DNA from: Coniocarpon cinnabarinum
Lineage: Eukaryota
Assembly: GCA_051942205.1 (NCBI GenBank)
Contig: JAVECO010000026.1
Coordinates: 62,001-126,000 of the forward strand
Reading direction: 5' to 3'
Length of the DNA stretch: 64,000 nt
Position 1 is the stretch's first letter. Every line of letters starts with the position of its first letter. Below are positions 47,239-59,767 of the stretch, piece after piece. Under the pieces are notes generated by a model that was given only the letters and a program-made list of their open reading frames with translations, was not told where the DNA came from and ran no database searches. A program made the translations under genes and the position numbers.

Positions 47239-47912
47239 TCATAGATCATCTTCGTCTTCATCTTGTAGTGCCTTCTGCGGCACCATCAGATCCTCCCACC
47301 ACTCCTCGCCCTTCGGATCGCCTTCTGTCATACCCATCCCAAGGTCTTCATCATCCGGGTCTGAGTTTTGCCAGTAGAGGCCAGCGTTGGCGATCATGAA
47401 GCTACGGTAGATGCCATAGCGCTCGAATTCGACTGCTCGGCCTTCGCGTAAGGTGACGGTTTCGGGAGATCGGATGCAATATGGGTTTGGGTACAGAAGC
47501 GCTTGCTTGGTACCAATGCCGACGTGTCCGTCTTCGTCCTTGGACATGCGGAATTGCGCGGATTTAATGTTGACAGTGCCGCGGCGAACCTCGTCGTCAA
47601 AGGCAGTGACGTTCTGTATCGGGATGTCAGTGGGAACACTGAAGATCGAGAGGCATGAGCTCGTACCTCAAAGATCATCATGCACTGGTTCGTAGCACAT
47701 CCCGAGATGGCGCCTTGCTTTCCACCAGCAATTGTCTCAATGCCTAATGACCAGTGTCCCGTATGTTTCGTGTTGCAGAAGAGCTCATTAGTCAAGCGGC
47801 GATGCGAGAGCTGAATGGTGGTTTCATTGCGGAGATAGTCGACGGGAAGAGCTTGAAGCTGGACGAGCAGCAGAGAGAAAAGCGAGGGAATGGTGAAGAG
47901 TGCGGCGAACAT
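47239..47912 (-). CDS. Hypothetical secreted protein; 2 exons
   Basis: Hydrophobic signal MFAALFTIPSLFSLLLVQLQA. An intron at ~47666-47614 (GTACGA, CTGAC, CAG) links it to the ORF ending at 47239. Confidence 0.65.
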
Positions 47913-49140
47913 GGCCTCGTTTCAGATGTATCTAAGCGCTGATAAGGGCACCAAAGTGTCGACGGAGTACAGTGAAGCAGCAGTACGGATAGACAGTAAG
48001 CTCAAACGAGAGTCGAAGCGAAGGACATTCAACGAGAGTGCGGAGGGCGAGAGGATGAGGTGGAGAGAAAGAGCGAGCGTGACACAGGACGTGATTGAGT
48101 GCCGAGAGGCAGAGCTGGCAGGCATGTGTTCCGGGTGGGTGACTTTTGTGACCGTCAGAGGCGACCATGATTGCATGACACCGCCGGATCGCCCAATCGA
48201 TAGAGAAACTTTTTAGCTTCGCAGCATGGCAGCAGCAGAGATCCGAATCGGGCAGAGACGACAGGGGTACAGAGTCACGAAGAGGCATTGGCTCTGCTAT
48301 CGGCCAATCAACGCGGTGCCTTTCGCCGGACCCGACTCGGCCCAGGGCAAAGTCGCCAAAACGTGCACTCAAACAGTAACCGTTGTAGGGCTAGGTGAGA
48401 CACGAGCCTCAGTGGAGATTGCCGGCTAGTCCAAGAATTCCACGAAGGGCAGTGCGTGGGCGGCGTTTGGGGGAAACCGCTCAACAAAAGTCATCTTCTG
48501 CATCGGCGTTGATTTGCCGGCAGTCGGTCGGTAGCAATAACGCCCTCGATATAGCCAACGGGTTTCATGTTCAAATGAGCGCGTCACCGCCGACACTGGC
48601 TGCGAGATTGCTCTCCCTGCGTCCAGTGGCCGCGCGTGCAGACGTCTAGATGCTGACGTTCCTCATTGATGGATGAATGACCGCCGAGTGCGAGAAGCCA
48701 CACCTCAGTCATGGCGGGGCATTGGTGCTGCTTAAGATAGCACAGAACTACTGTGATGCCACGTTCCATGTATTGCTTCATGCAAGGTACCCGAGCACCC
48801 GGCCACCTTCCCACTGCTCCCAATCCAGCCCCGGCGCCTACGGAGCTACACTTCTTGGCCGTGGTCGCTATCTGCAGGTGTGCTTCAACGGTCTTATTGC
48901 TCAAGAACAAGGCTAGGCTCGACTCCAGCCACAGGAGAGAAGCACTGACAAAATACCCAATTACACCGCCATGACTGCCATGTGAGTTCATTTCCAATGG
49001 TCATGACATCAGTTCTCCCAAGGCTTCTTCGCTATTCAAGGAGACATTAGAGCGATAGACGGTGCAACCAAAGCACAGCGCTCACCCTTTGCCTTTTTCA
49101 TTCCAAACACAGATCTCCACGCTCATCTTCCCCAAAGACC

Positions 49141-49995
49141 TCACGATGTCTCCCCCTCCCCCCTCAGACTCCCTACCCTGTTCTGCTTCGCCAACTCAGC
49201 CATGCTCTGGTAATACTCCGGTCCCTTTGACTTGATGAGCTGCCCAATCTGCGGCATCACCTCAACCGGAATGTCATTATTGATCCCCGTGACCGCTGGC
49301 ATCGCTGGCAGCGTTGCAGCAGCAGGTGAGACCGTCGCTTCCACTTTCCATCCCTTGATATCAGAGATGGGAATGGCAAGAGTGACTGCTGTGTATGAAA
49401 CTTGCTCGGAGACCGGCGTGGCTTTTGCTGGCACTGTGATGCGGGTTGCGACGTGTGGTAAATTCCGTATGCTCGTCTGGAGAGTTGTCTTTGAGGCGTC
49501 AATGTCGCGCTCTGCAAGAGCCTAGGTAACTCGTGAGTCACTATCCTCGTGAGCAGCCCTCATGACTCTCGTCTTTCTGCATCCAAATTTCCAATTCGTT
49601 AAAACGCCGTGATTGCGACATTGTGTGTACAATATCAGACAGGACATAGACCTGCTGCACAAGTCCATTGCAAACAACAGCTAGACGCGACTGCCATCTC
49701 ACCCACAATGTCTTGGTTCAACCAGCATACTACAGGATTTTTCGCTAGTAGGTGACGACCAGGAAGCAATAAACAGTGTAAGAGAGCACAAACTCACTTC
49801 AGCAAACCCAGGCACTTCCATTCGTCCCGGCGCCATCGTCGCGACTGGATCGCGCTTCATTCCTACAGGTCCCGTTGCAGTATACACAAGCCAGAAGTAC
49901 TTTGACTGCCAAGGGTCCATGTGGGCTTCCGCACATGCGGGAATAGCAAAGGTGAGAAAAGCCAAAAGGACGGCAACCAGGAAGTTTGATTGCAT
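49141..49995 (-). CDS. Hypothetical secreted protein (exon structure uncertain)
   Basis: Signal MQSNFLVAVLLAFLTFAIPACA, a KR dibasic site, a GTGAGT donor at ~49797, and a downstream ORF ending at 49141. Confidence 0.45.
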
Positions 49996-50515
49996 TTTGA
50001 AAGTCTTCTGTGTCGTTGATATACTAAACGGCAGAGTCTTGCGCGTGAGTAGAGTGGGTTTGGTGATAGAAGCAAGAAAGATGCAAAAAGGTTGGAAGAA
50101 TAAGAAATAAGTGTATTAAGCATCTTCTGAATTGCTGTGCCGGTGCTCTGACGTGATCCCACAATCTTTGAGCGGCGATGTGATGTCCTGACAAGCTGTT
50201 GACAAGAATGTGCTGAGATTATTGGCAGGACTTACGGTGGTTCTGAGCTACTGTATCTGAGCGCCATGGCACAGTGTAGCGTATTCATGAGGTCCTAATG
50301 TCGTCACGAGTGCGTGGCGATTGGCATCAGACCCGAGCACATTTTGCCTCGATGCAATGCTGATATCCTACTCTGTGAGCAATTGATTGTGGGCCAGCAG
50401 TACCTCGTTGCTGATGGCTGCCCAGCTCATGCACACTGTGCCGGCGTCTCCCTGAATCAGCCTTTTGTACATCTATATGATACAACTCGCTATGCTCAAC
50501 AATGCTTTGAATCTG

Positions 50516-51872
50516 TCAGCGACCCACAGCCTGTGGCATCTTCACATGACCCTTCTTTCGATCTTCCAGTGGCACTCCGTATCGCCAACCTACGGCTTTG
50601 TCCGAATGGACACGACTGAATTTAAAGTCCCACCTTTTGCCCTCGATTACGACCTCATGCTCCTCCTTGCGCTTTTTCGCCTGCTCTTCTCTTTCTTGTA
50701 TCTGCTGCTCTTCTTGCTCCCATCTTCCAAACTTCCTTCGTCCTCTCTCGCCCTGTGGCAACTGTGCTTGTAAGTCGCGTGCCGACTCAATCATGTCTGG
50801 ATGGGGGATGCGGTCCTCGGCGGGAGCCAAGCCGCGATGGAAAACACGAGCTGCGTCTCGACGTGTGAATTCTTTTGACTCGGGGGCAGGATGAAAAATT
50901 TGCGGGAGCGTCGACTGGTGCACTGGGAGGTCATTAATAGACTCGTGAGGTTGATTTCGACCTGTCTGGATATTGTATTGGGTTTGTGGGAGCATGTCGA
51001 GCATGCGACGCGAGAAGTCAATCGCGAGTGGTTTGCCCTGCGGTGAAACACTTGTTAGTACTGATTCTCTCATAGCTTGACAGCAGAGATGTTAGGTACA
51101 GGGGCGTTGTGTGTCAGTGGAATCCGCTAAGAATGTTTTATAACCATGTCGATGTCTTCAAGACCAATCGATGAAGAATTGTATCATCAAACACGCCCGT
51201 TCGTGAGTCCAGTGTACGCTACAATTATTGCGAGCATACAGCGCGGACGTTCTTGAATCGCAGCATCAAATGTCGAACTGGGGGCTGCCTCACCTCTTTC
51301 AACCAATCCTGCTTCATTCTCTCCAGTCGAACCACTGCAGCAACTCTCTCCATTGCTATTCCTCGTTCTTGACTGACCCTTCTGATTGTGTGGCCATGCT
51401 CTACCACAGACTTATATATTTCTTGTTTCAGTCTTTCACTCAACACCGACGGACTTCGAAAGTAGGGGTTCAGAGGAAAGGGTTGCAAGTCCTCGAGCCT
51501 CTCTGGAGGCAGATTCTCCCGTTGGTTCTTCTGATCCTTCTGTGATTCACGTCTCTGAGACCGGTTTCGAGCGCCTCTGCCCCTCCGAGACTGTCCCTCA
51601 CCCGATTCCTCACCCTGCGCTTCCTCGTCGGATGCACGAACGATGTTGCCTTCTTTGTCGTAGGCGTTGACGTAATTTGTGCTGCCTCGAAGTGGAAGAC
51701 GGAAAGCTTGACCGGGTCCCTTGAACCATGCCAGCATGCGCTTGCGCTGAAGAGTGATGCGACCACTTCGACTTGGAGTTGCACTGAAATATCGGGTCTG
51801 GGAGCTTAGACACCCGTCGCGGTAGAGGTGCGGAACTTTTAAAGCTGGCTGAAGATGTAATCGAGGAGGCAT
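50516..51872 (-). CDS. MRPS35: Mitochondrial small ribosomal subunit protein mS45 (MRPS35/Bot1); 2 exons
   Basis: Presequence (RYFSATPSR), GPGQAFR..GSTNY, PFPLNPYFRSPSVLSE, RVAAVVRL, HESINDLPVH, ESKEFTRRDAA and VGWRYGVPLEDRKKG. Confidence 0.9.
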
Positions 51873-52901
51873 GACTGGTATGAAAATGTGATGATGGCGG
51901 TGGTGAGAGGCGTAGAGCGTAGCGGCGGTAAATAGAGCAATGAGGGAGTCTTATGGGTGTACAAGTTTCCCCATCGTAAGCAGGTGGAACGTCCAGGGAT
52001 ACAATCGTCAGAACAGGAATGAAATGGGAGGGTGCAGAACGAGGCAAGATGGTGATGATACTCAGTGGAGCGTGAAATTGGTTGTCTGGCAGGGTTGGAG
52101 AAAGAGCACCCGAATGATAGGAAATTCACCGACCCCTGACGAGACCTTCTATATGGATGAACTCACACTTGAATATTTTTTTGATCAGTGTGCACATTAC
52201 TAGCCATAAGATTTGTTTCAGTGCTCATTGAGACGGGATAAGAGAGTCTCGAAATTCGGCAAATTCAAAGGCAACCGAACACTCAACTATCTCCCCCAGC
52301 GCTTCTATTCCACAAAAATGAGCGTCCACTCACGCGTCAATCCTCCATCCCTCCAAATGCGCCCATGTTGTGACCATCGAGAAGTGCAGAATGAAAGCCA
52401 GCCACGTGCTTGTACACGCTTTGTCGGGCGTTTTCAACACCATTCAAAAGCACAGCTGGCCTTCGCTTGCGGCAGAGGGTCCTACAACATTGACATAAAG
52501 GTGCCAAGTGGTAGCGCTAACACTCATGACAGCGGCAAGTGGTCTGAAAATCATTCAGGGCGTGTCGCCACAGCCTCACATCGTTCAGCTTTGGTGCTTA
52601 AACTAATGGGGCCATTGGCCCTCAAGTGCATACCACTTGTGACCGTTTTCCAAAAGCGGCTCGTCGATGTATGTCCGCCTGCAGATGTGGCTAACACACG
52701 GATTAACATTTGCCTCGCGTGCAGTGTGCTTTATTGCTGAATAAATTAAGTATGTATGTTCCCCTAGCATGCGCGTTGCGCTTCACGTACGACCCCAGAC
52801 TACATTCATTTCTTCTTCCATATCGCGCGTGTCTGGTGATGAACTTCTAATGACTATGTGTAATTTTCTATATGCTGGCGCAGGTCTACTAACGACTCAT
52901 T

Positions 52902-54767
52902 ATGAATACTCAAGCTGGAAGCTCGTATGATGGAGCACATATCAGAGCAACGATGCAGAACATACAGGGCCCGACCAGACCTACGAGCAAGCACACCTTC
53001 ATTTGGACTGATCTTTGGGGTATATTGATTTCTCTTTCGTGCTTCATATTCGGGACTGCCGCTGTTGCAAATGGCAACTTCGCAATATGGCTCAATCAGA
53101 CGAACCAGTTGGTGGTCTTGGGCGCGGTGCTTTCCATCATGGCTCTAGTGAACGCAAAGCAAGGACAGACTCTCCTTCTGGTTCTACAGGCTCGTTTTGG
53201 ATCCTCTACTCTGCAAAACTACGACGGTCAGTTTCTGCTTCTTGCATGGGGCTTCATCTCTCACTCTTTGGTCCCCTCAGCCTTCGCAGGACAGGAGCCG
53301 CTGACGGTTTGAACAGCTGTTCTGCGCGATGACAAGTTCGTCTCCGGAAGCACCATAAGTGTCAGACTGGCGCTGTCGCTCCTGTTCATTATCCCATTAG
53401 CTTTGAGCGCCGGCTACAAACGTTTCATTGACGGCTCTACAGCCGTTCGATCTCCCAATGACAAGCCTATTATCTTCGGTCCAACAGGACCTCCGGGACT
53501 GTTCCAAGCCTACGGTCGAGCCCTCCTCGTCAACACAAGCTCACCACTCATGAAAGACTGGAGGGTCGTGTCCGCCTCGGGCTTCCCAGATAATACCAGT
53601 CTCGGCTACAACATGAACATCATCAACGACACGACAACGGCCATGCTCGATATGCCCTTCGTAGACAACATGATCGACCTCCAGTCAAACATCAGCCGCG
53701 AGATCCTGACACTGACCGCACCCGTCAACGCGACCTTCGCGCGCCTCAACAGCACCCCCACCTCGCCTGAACGCAATGACGAGGACTACTGGGACAACGT
53801 CGCCAACCGGTTTGGCAACGGCGAAAACAGCATCTTCCCCAATCCGGCCGGCAACGACACCTGGTTCGACATGTGGAGCGGCTGGGTCGATTCCTCGCTA
53901 ATTTACATGTCGTACTACAACACAAGCCGCAATGAAACCCGCGAAGATACCGCCTACGGCTTTAACATCTACCGCGGCACCGCGCGCGGCACGTGGCAAA
54001 TCTCCGCCGATAGCATCATCCTGAAATACGCCTCTGATTTCGCCACGGACTTCTCGCCAGACACAGCCCACCCCGAGATCCAAGACTATCAGAACTGTGA
54101 CTTCTCGCGCGCCACCGATTTCAACCAGAAAATCATTTACTGTGTGTGGAATTCCATTGCTGCCGATTTCATCTCCATCACGCCGCAGTATCTACTGGGT
54201 CCCAATTTTCCGGACGTGGGACGAACATTCAACGCGCCGTTGTCGATTTGGGTGGCCATCACGGCGGCGATGGGCTGGGCGAATACCGTCACGAAGATGT
54301 ATCCCGTCCAAGGGGTAGTGAGTCAGCAGTTCAAATACCTCCAATATAGCGCTCCGTACGATCTGCTCGTTACGCACACGACGCTGCATCGCAACTGGGG
54401 CCTCTACGCCATCGTCGCCGTCCAGCCCGTGCTGTTACTCCTTATCCTCCTAGTCCGCTGGTTCCTGCGATCGACGCCCATGCCGCCCAAGTTCGGGTTA
54501 ATTGCTCTACTCGCGGGGGTCGACCGGGGGAGTCTGGATTTAGTGGCGGGCGCGTCGTACAGTGGACGGGTGGCGCGGCCGGTGACGGTGCGGATGACGG
54601 GACTGAAACACGAGGGGGGTGAGGTGCTGGATTCGGCGTCGGATGTAAGCGAGAGAGCGATTTGCTACGTGCTGTGTGATGAAGGACCGACTCCCAGGCG
54701 GAACCCGACGTTTAGGGATCAGGCTTGGTATGGATTGCAAAGCTATAAACGACTTGATGATGATTAG
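52902..54767 (+). CDS. Hypothetical multi-pass membrane glycoprotein; 2 exons
   Basis: N-terminal TM helices, ARFGSSTLQNYD, intron ~53228-53318, LSAGYKRF, a lumenal region rich in N-glycosylation sites, and a C-terminal TM followed by FGLIALLAG. Confidence 0.75.
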
Positions 54768-56013
54768 TGTGTTATGTCTCTATCGGAAATGCATGGCGCG
54801 CCTCATTGTATATGAACGCAATTACCTCTTCATTGCCGTTGTTGACCGTCACCTGGTATTTGCACAGGGCGTCACGCGTGTCTTGTCTAATGAATGAAGC
54901 AGTATAACAAGGTTGACAAAAACACAAATCCATCTGGCGCTCCAACGATTCAATGATCCAATGGACATATGCCCAGACCATCATGTGCAGCAACCCAAGT
55001 CTCGACTCATCGACGTCCCCTCACATATACATTTTACAAATCGCAGAGTACATCATTCTCCACAAAAGCACAAGAAACCTCACGAAGACAATTTCAGGGG
55101 GGAGAAGATTTGCTAAAATCGCTCATGTCGATGCACATATGCCTCCCTCCTCACAGTGATACAACAGAAGCCACGACCGCTCCATGCGTCCCCTTTTGTT
55201 TCCGCGCGTTCTGGTTCCTCTTATTCTTCGTCTATCCGTCCAGCGTATAGATTTTTGTATATATCGTACCGGTCTCCCTCATCTCGCTCAAAAGCATCTC
55301 GCCCAAGAACGAGGTGCTTTGCCCTTCCACCATCCCGCCCTTCGCGTTGCGTGATCAAAACATCCTCCTTTTCTTTCTTTCTTTCTCTCTCTCTGTTTTT
55401 CTTGCCTTCATTCGCTCTTCTGTGAAATCCCCACGCTTTGCAGATTCGTGATGTCGTGAGTGTGGAACAAACCAGTAGATGTAGATGTGGATGAGACCGC
55501 AGTACCGATCTGCAACGCAGCGGAAACGACAGCGCAACACACAGACCGGACTCAAGCGCGGAACGGTCAAAAACGCCTACGCAACACCGTCGCTTGGTCT
55601 GGCATACAGGCAGACCCGCCCAATGTCATCTGTGAGCCCCCGAAGTAAATGTAGTGTACCAATGTAGATGACCAAACACGCAAACAAACGACCGACCAAG
55701 CAACCAACCATCTGCCGCGGATTGCGAGAGACGATTATCCATGAGTGTGAAAAAGTGGGTATATCGATCGTGAAAACGCTGACTTGTTGTGTATATATCG
55801 CATGCCCGTCCCCGTAAAGACAGAAGATGAAGAAAATTCCCAGAATGCTCGACAGGACTGCTTCGGTGGCTGAGGAGTGCCGATAACAAAATACAATTGT
55901 GTGGTGGTGTGTATTCGTGAGAGTGCTCTCTGATGAGTAGTTGTATCCAGTGGTAGTAACGTTTCTCCGCCCCTCGATGATCGAAGGGCTGCAGAAGCGA
56001 ATGCAATCTCCGC

Positions 56014-57663
56014 TCAGGGCCCAGTACCAATATGACCCAGATGTTGATTATTCATATAGCCCCCATAACGCCCATTGCCGGGACCACCTGAAGAACCTAA
56101 TGGAGGACTACTGGGACCAAAGAACTGCGCAAAGCCGCCATTATTAGCAGCAGCGGATCCCGGGACGCCCGCAGACATAGGCGGACTGTTGAGACCCGGC
56201 GGCGCTCCCAGGCCAGGCGGCGGCCCACTGACACCAGAGAAAGCGCCTGGTCCGCCAAAGCCACCAGCAGAACCGGGACTACCAAGCGGAGACCCCGGAT
56301 TGAGCGCGCTGGCCTGTCCGGTGCGGACGCCGAGCGGGTTCTTGGAAAACGACAGGCGGATGCCGCCCTTGACGCTGTTGTGCAGAGTGTGGCCGTACAG
56401 CTCGTTCAGGGCTTTGGTCGCGAACGAGACGTCCTCGAACTCCACGAAACACATGGGACCGTTGTGCTTGGTGCGGAAGCACAGTCGCTTGTATCCGCGT
56501 TGCTTGGAGAAGATGGCTTTGAGCTCGTCCTCGGACGTATCGATGGGTAAGTTGCCCACGTAGAGAGTGTTACACGGAGGGTTCTGGTCAGCGGGATTTG
56601 CTGGTGGAAGGTGACGCTGTGGCATGTGCGTGGGGCTGATGGGGTAGCCGGAGTTTGTGGGACTGATTGGCGCGATGCCATTGCTCATGAGGGGATTGGG
56701 CAGCTCAGCAGATGGAGAAACCGCTTGGTGGGACATATTGTTGGTGTATGCGCCACCGGTGGGCGACATCATCACGCCGTTTGAAGGCTTGTTTTGTGCA
56801 GTGTTGAGGCTCAGGCCTCCCATGCGGGAGACGGGATGTTGCGCGCCGGAGTTACTTCTTCGAACGGTGCTGCCTTGCGGATTGCTGCGCGCGTATGCCA
56901 CAGGATCTTTGAGCAGCTCGCCAGTCTCATCGTCCGCATCCTCACTGATCATCGACTTGCCAGTCTGGCGCATGTGCTCCCGGAACGAATTGCTATGCGG
57001 CGAGCGAGGCGAGAACATGGGCGTCTCTTCACCATCGACCTGCGCCGGCGGCATGGTATTTGCATTGATCTTCTCACCCATGGAGTGAAAATAACGGGAT
57101 GATTGTCGAGGCCCACTGTTGGAGCCAGCACGCGATGAGGTGGGGTTGGAAAGCTGTCGCCGTATACCAAGGCCATCGACCGCGACTTCAGTGTTGAGAG
57201 GGTTGGGCAATGCGACTCCCGGCGACAGAAGGTCCACAATCATTCGCGCGCCGCTGATGGCATTCTGCTTCCCGTGAAGCCTATTTTGCGCCTCACGCGC
57301 ACCTTCGACCGAGCGGAACTCGGCAACGGCGGACTGAAAACCCTGTTCGTCGTTCGCCTCAACGAATCGCGTGTTCTGAAAATCGTCGGCGAAAAGCATC
57401 ATGCTGTACAGAGCCTCTTGATGCATGTTCGGCGGCAGGCGTCGCAACAGAAGCGTGGGAAGCGCGGTGGAGGGACCGTCGCGCATGCCTTGCGCATGGT
57501 GGTGAGGCGGCGACCCGGTCTCGAATGAGCGACGTTCAGCGGAAGGCGACGTGGTATATCGAGAGGAGAAAGAAGCGTTGTTGGTTTGTGACAAGCCCTG
57601 CGCGCCGAGCGATACAGCACCAGGCGGGCTCCGCGTATCTCGCGCCGGCTGCGTTGACCCCAT
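56014..57663 (-). CDS. WHI3: RRM RNA-binding protein of the Whi3/Whi4/Scw1 family
   Basis: PPANPADQNPPCNTLYVGNLP...GYKRLCFRTKHNGPMCFVEFEDV...KGGIRLSFSKNPLGVR, plus a degenerate N-terminal RRM. Confidence 0.9.
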   Translation of the reverse strand: MGSTQPARDTRSPPGAVSLGAQGLSQTNNASFSSRYTTSPSAERRSFETGSPPHHHAQGMRDGPSTALPTLLLRRLPPNMHQEALYSMMLFADDFQNTRFVEANDEQGFQSAVAEFRSVEGAREAQNRLHGKQNAISGARMIVDLLSPGVALPNPLNTEVAVDGLGIRRQLSNPTSSRAGSNSGPRQSSRYFHSMGEKINANTMPPAQVDGEETPMFSPRSPHSNSFREHMRQTGKSMISEDADDETGELLKDPVAYARSNPQGSTVRRSNSGAQHPVSRMGGLSLNTAQNKPSNGVMMSPTGGAYTNNMSHQAVSPSAELPNPLMSNGIAPISPTNSGYPISPTHMPQRHLPPANPADQNPPCNTLYVGNLPIDTSEDELKAIFSKQRGYKRLCFRTKHNGPMCFVEFEDVSFATKALNELYGHTLHNSVKGGIRLSFSKNPLGVRTGQASALNPGSPLGSPGSAGGFGGPGAFSGVSGPPPGLGAPPGLNSPPMSAGVPGSAAANNGGFAQFFGPSSPPLGSSGGPGNGRYGGYMNNQHLGHIGTGP

Positions 57664-59007
57664 CCTTCAGGATGTTTGCACTCACGCACACTCACGAATG
57701 ACGCGTATGTGTGTCTCCAACAGCCTGAACTTGGAGACGAGAAGCTTCGGATCGTTTTGGGATCGTCGAAAGTGGGTGCGTCCAACTCGGCGGAGGAAGG
57801 TAGTCTGTAGGCAGCCGTTGATGATTCGGAGGTCGAAGGGTGAAAAGTTTTGCTGATAACGACGTGTCGAGGTTCAGAAGGCGTTGCAGAAGCTGTGCCA
57901 CCCGCTCTACTGGACAAGAGCCAGAGGAAAGCGGCGCAAGCTATGCGACGGGATCTCGCGCGCGTGGAGGGTCGGGAGAGAAGGGTTGAGAGAGGTGGAG
58001 GACTCGGGGCCGGCTGAGAGGTGAGACCAGCAGGCGACGCGCGAGTGAAGGGCGATGTTGAACGGGGTCACGGGCGTTGCAGGGGCGTGGAGCGAGCGGT
58101 GGGAGGAGAGAGGCAGCGTGCGCGAAGAGGAAGGCGAGTTGGAAGGTTGGCGACGCGTGAGGAGGAGGCGTTGAGCAGTGAGGAGAGGAGCTCTGGAGGA
58201 AGCGCGGAAGAGGAGCGCAGGTGAGGTTCGACGGTGCGTGCTACAGAGCCTGCCTACCTACCTTACGTGCTTACCTACCTGAATGACTGACTGCGTGCGC
58301 CGCCGAACTGGACGCGGCGGGGTGGCGCTCGGGCCTCTGGGCTTGGCGCCGACCTTGCCCCATACGGAATAGCGCGGCGTGGAGAAGGAGCCACACAGAG
58401 CCACAGCGGCCACCAAGCATCCACTGCCCGTGCCGTGAGCAATGCCCGCCTCCCAGTACACGCTCGAGCAGCAGCGGCCATGCACGCAGATGGACAGGGA
58501 AAGTATTTTGGCGCCACGAGCTCATCTTGTGCGCGCGGGGCACGTGGTACAGATGCCCCAACGGGCTCTCTGTGCCAGCCTCGAGTCTCTGCGGTAAACG
58601 GTCCCTGCCTGACTGGTCCTGTGTCGCTTTCGTCTTTGTGTCGCCCATGCATCTTTCCACTTTGAGCGCTTCGTGGAGCCCACAGGTGGGCTATCAGGTT
58701 CCACTGAGGCTGATCGGGGATGCGACCGTGTGGAGAATGTAGCGCGGAAAAGTGGCTCTCGCGTGGTACCAGACAATGCCAGACTGTCATATTGGCAGAG
58801 ACGAGTTCCACTTCGTAGGGAATATTGGATTAAACGCTGCCTTGACGAGGTCACCTTTGCAAGTCTTTGTGCTGCAAACACAGTACAGCCATCGTCAGGA
58901 ACACAGAAAGTAACCCAAAAGATCACTCGCGGAAAATGCCGCCTTTTTGCTAAGCATTAGAGCTATTGAGTCGACAAGAGGTGAATGAATTTGAATAGAA
59001 AGTCACA

Positions 59008-59767
59008 CTAGAAGTCCTGAACGCCCGTCTGTCATCGGTTTCGTTAGTGGATGATCAGGGTAATTAGTACGTTGGTATTGGCAAGAGTTGCTGAAATTAC
59101 AAATGGTGGATGGTGGTTTAACAATCAAAACTTCACGGGATGATCTCTTTCCCTTACCTGTCCCTGTATTTCGTCGTTAGAGACCTCCCATGCCGCGTCC
59201 TCAGCGTCGAAGTATGTGTCGTCCGCGACTCTTTGCTCATCCAGTCCGTAATCCAAGTCCGCATCCTCATCAACCTGGTTGTAGTCGAACTGCTCATCTC
59301 GTCCTTCGATGAAGCGTCTTGACATTACTCGCACCCAGATAGCCCATGCTTCGTCTTTGGTCTTGGGCTCGGTGACATCAGGCTCACCCTCCACTTCCAT
59401 TAGAGATGCGAACTCATTTTGGGTATTGTATTCAGTTCGGACATCAGTCTGCACGGATGTTATCCTCGTTTCGGCTCTGAGCAAGCTGGCTTCCAGAATG
59501 CTGGATGTATGAAGCTTTTTCGCAACTTCATCTCGCTCTTGAGTTGATTGAAATCTCCGGACGAGGAGATCGTACAGGATGGGATCTGCCAAATTCAGTC
59601 CTGTCAGCTGGAAAATTCTTCTGAGAAGTCGAAGCCTCATTGATTTGCGAACTCGCAGTTTCTATATCATTTTCGAAATACTCCGAGTGTTGGAGTAAAT
59701 AGTTTTTACGCCGAATACGTTTCTGGGCGGCGCATTGTTGCGCGCTTTCCGGGCTGCTCGCAAGCAT
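59008..59767 (-). CDS. CCDC97-like (DUF2052) protein; 3 exons
   Basis: RIRRKNYL..HSEYF, PILYDLLVRRFQS..ER, RFIEGRDEQFDYNQVD and YFDAED. The final micro-exon TGVQDF* follows a CTAAC...CAG acceptor. Confidence 0.82.

Noticed and set aside
57399..57917. 172-aa ORF overlapping the WHI3-like start in another frame
   Set aside because: It has a TTG start only and UTR-like composition. An in-frame TGA two codons before the WHI3 ATG also excludes an N-terminal extension.
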